Shown one piece after another: positions 33,365-33,494 of a stretch of 33,494 nt of DNA (positions within the stretch are counted from its first letter, which is position 1; every line of letters begins with the position of its first letter). Under the pieces are notes generated by a model. It was not told the origin of the DNA. It ran no database searches and saw only the letters and a program-made list of their open reading frames with translations. This DNA is from a virus. Its lineage: Duplodnaviria > Caudoviricetes. The DNA is taken from positions 1 to 33,494 of the IMG/VR virus record IMGVR_UViG_3300036779_000169; one strand, given 5' to 3'. The position numbers and the translations under genes were made by a program.

Positions 33365-33494
33365 GATCGGCCATGCCCTGGTTATCGATACCTATTGGTA
33401 TGATAAGGTGCCGGAACCGCCCGCCTTGCGCACCGAACAGGGAGAGATCATCGGCTGGCGGCAATCCCAAGTCTTGGTGCGAGTGGTCGGATAT
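33345..33494 (+). CDS. Hypothetical protein, partial
   Basis: MKKQKLEIGHAL.. open to the window end. Confidence 0.5.
   Translation, partial: MKKQKLEIGHALVIDTYWYDKVPEPPALRTEQGEIIGWRQSQVLVRVVGY

Noticed and set aside
1-33494. Integrase, att site, transposase or defence operon
   Set aside because: No recognisable recombinase, transposase or defence-system protein motifs in the window.

Overview
This window is a 33.5-kb internal segment of a tailed dsDNA bacteriophage (or prophage) genome with moderately high GC. No capsid, portal, large terminase or integrase is recognisable here, and the host cannot be determined from the sequence. Left to right it contains: (1) a minus-strand block with two paralogous HNH endonucleases and small basic proteins (1-3.4 kb); (2) a plus-strand tail-fibre and lysis block with collagen/tail-collar fibres, Pro-rich paralogues, a holin, a GH46 chitosanase-like lysin and a PxHPI-repeat protein (3.5-12.2 kb); (3) a mostly minus-strand accessory region with KTSC, TerS-like and Acb2/Tad1-like genes and several structured intergenic elements (12.3-22 kb); (4) an early-type region built from repeated promoter cassettes that drive leaderless 'MQA' genes (22-28.5 kb); (5) a recombination module with RecT-like, DUF3102-like and HNH genes (28.8-33.5 kb). 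The most unusual signals are non-coding. There are two cloverleaf RNA candidates whose anticodon arm is replaced by a large domain; one has its own promoter and a nested duplicate of the D- and T-loop motifs. There is also a 34-bp motif dispersed three times, a repeated promoter/leaderless-start cassette, a pseudoknot, and palindrome arrays. All protein family calls are motif recognition by eye and all RNA folds were worked out by hand; no searches were run.
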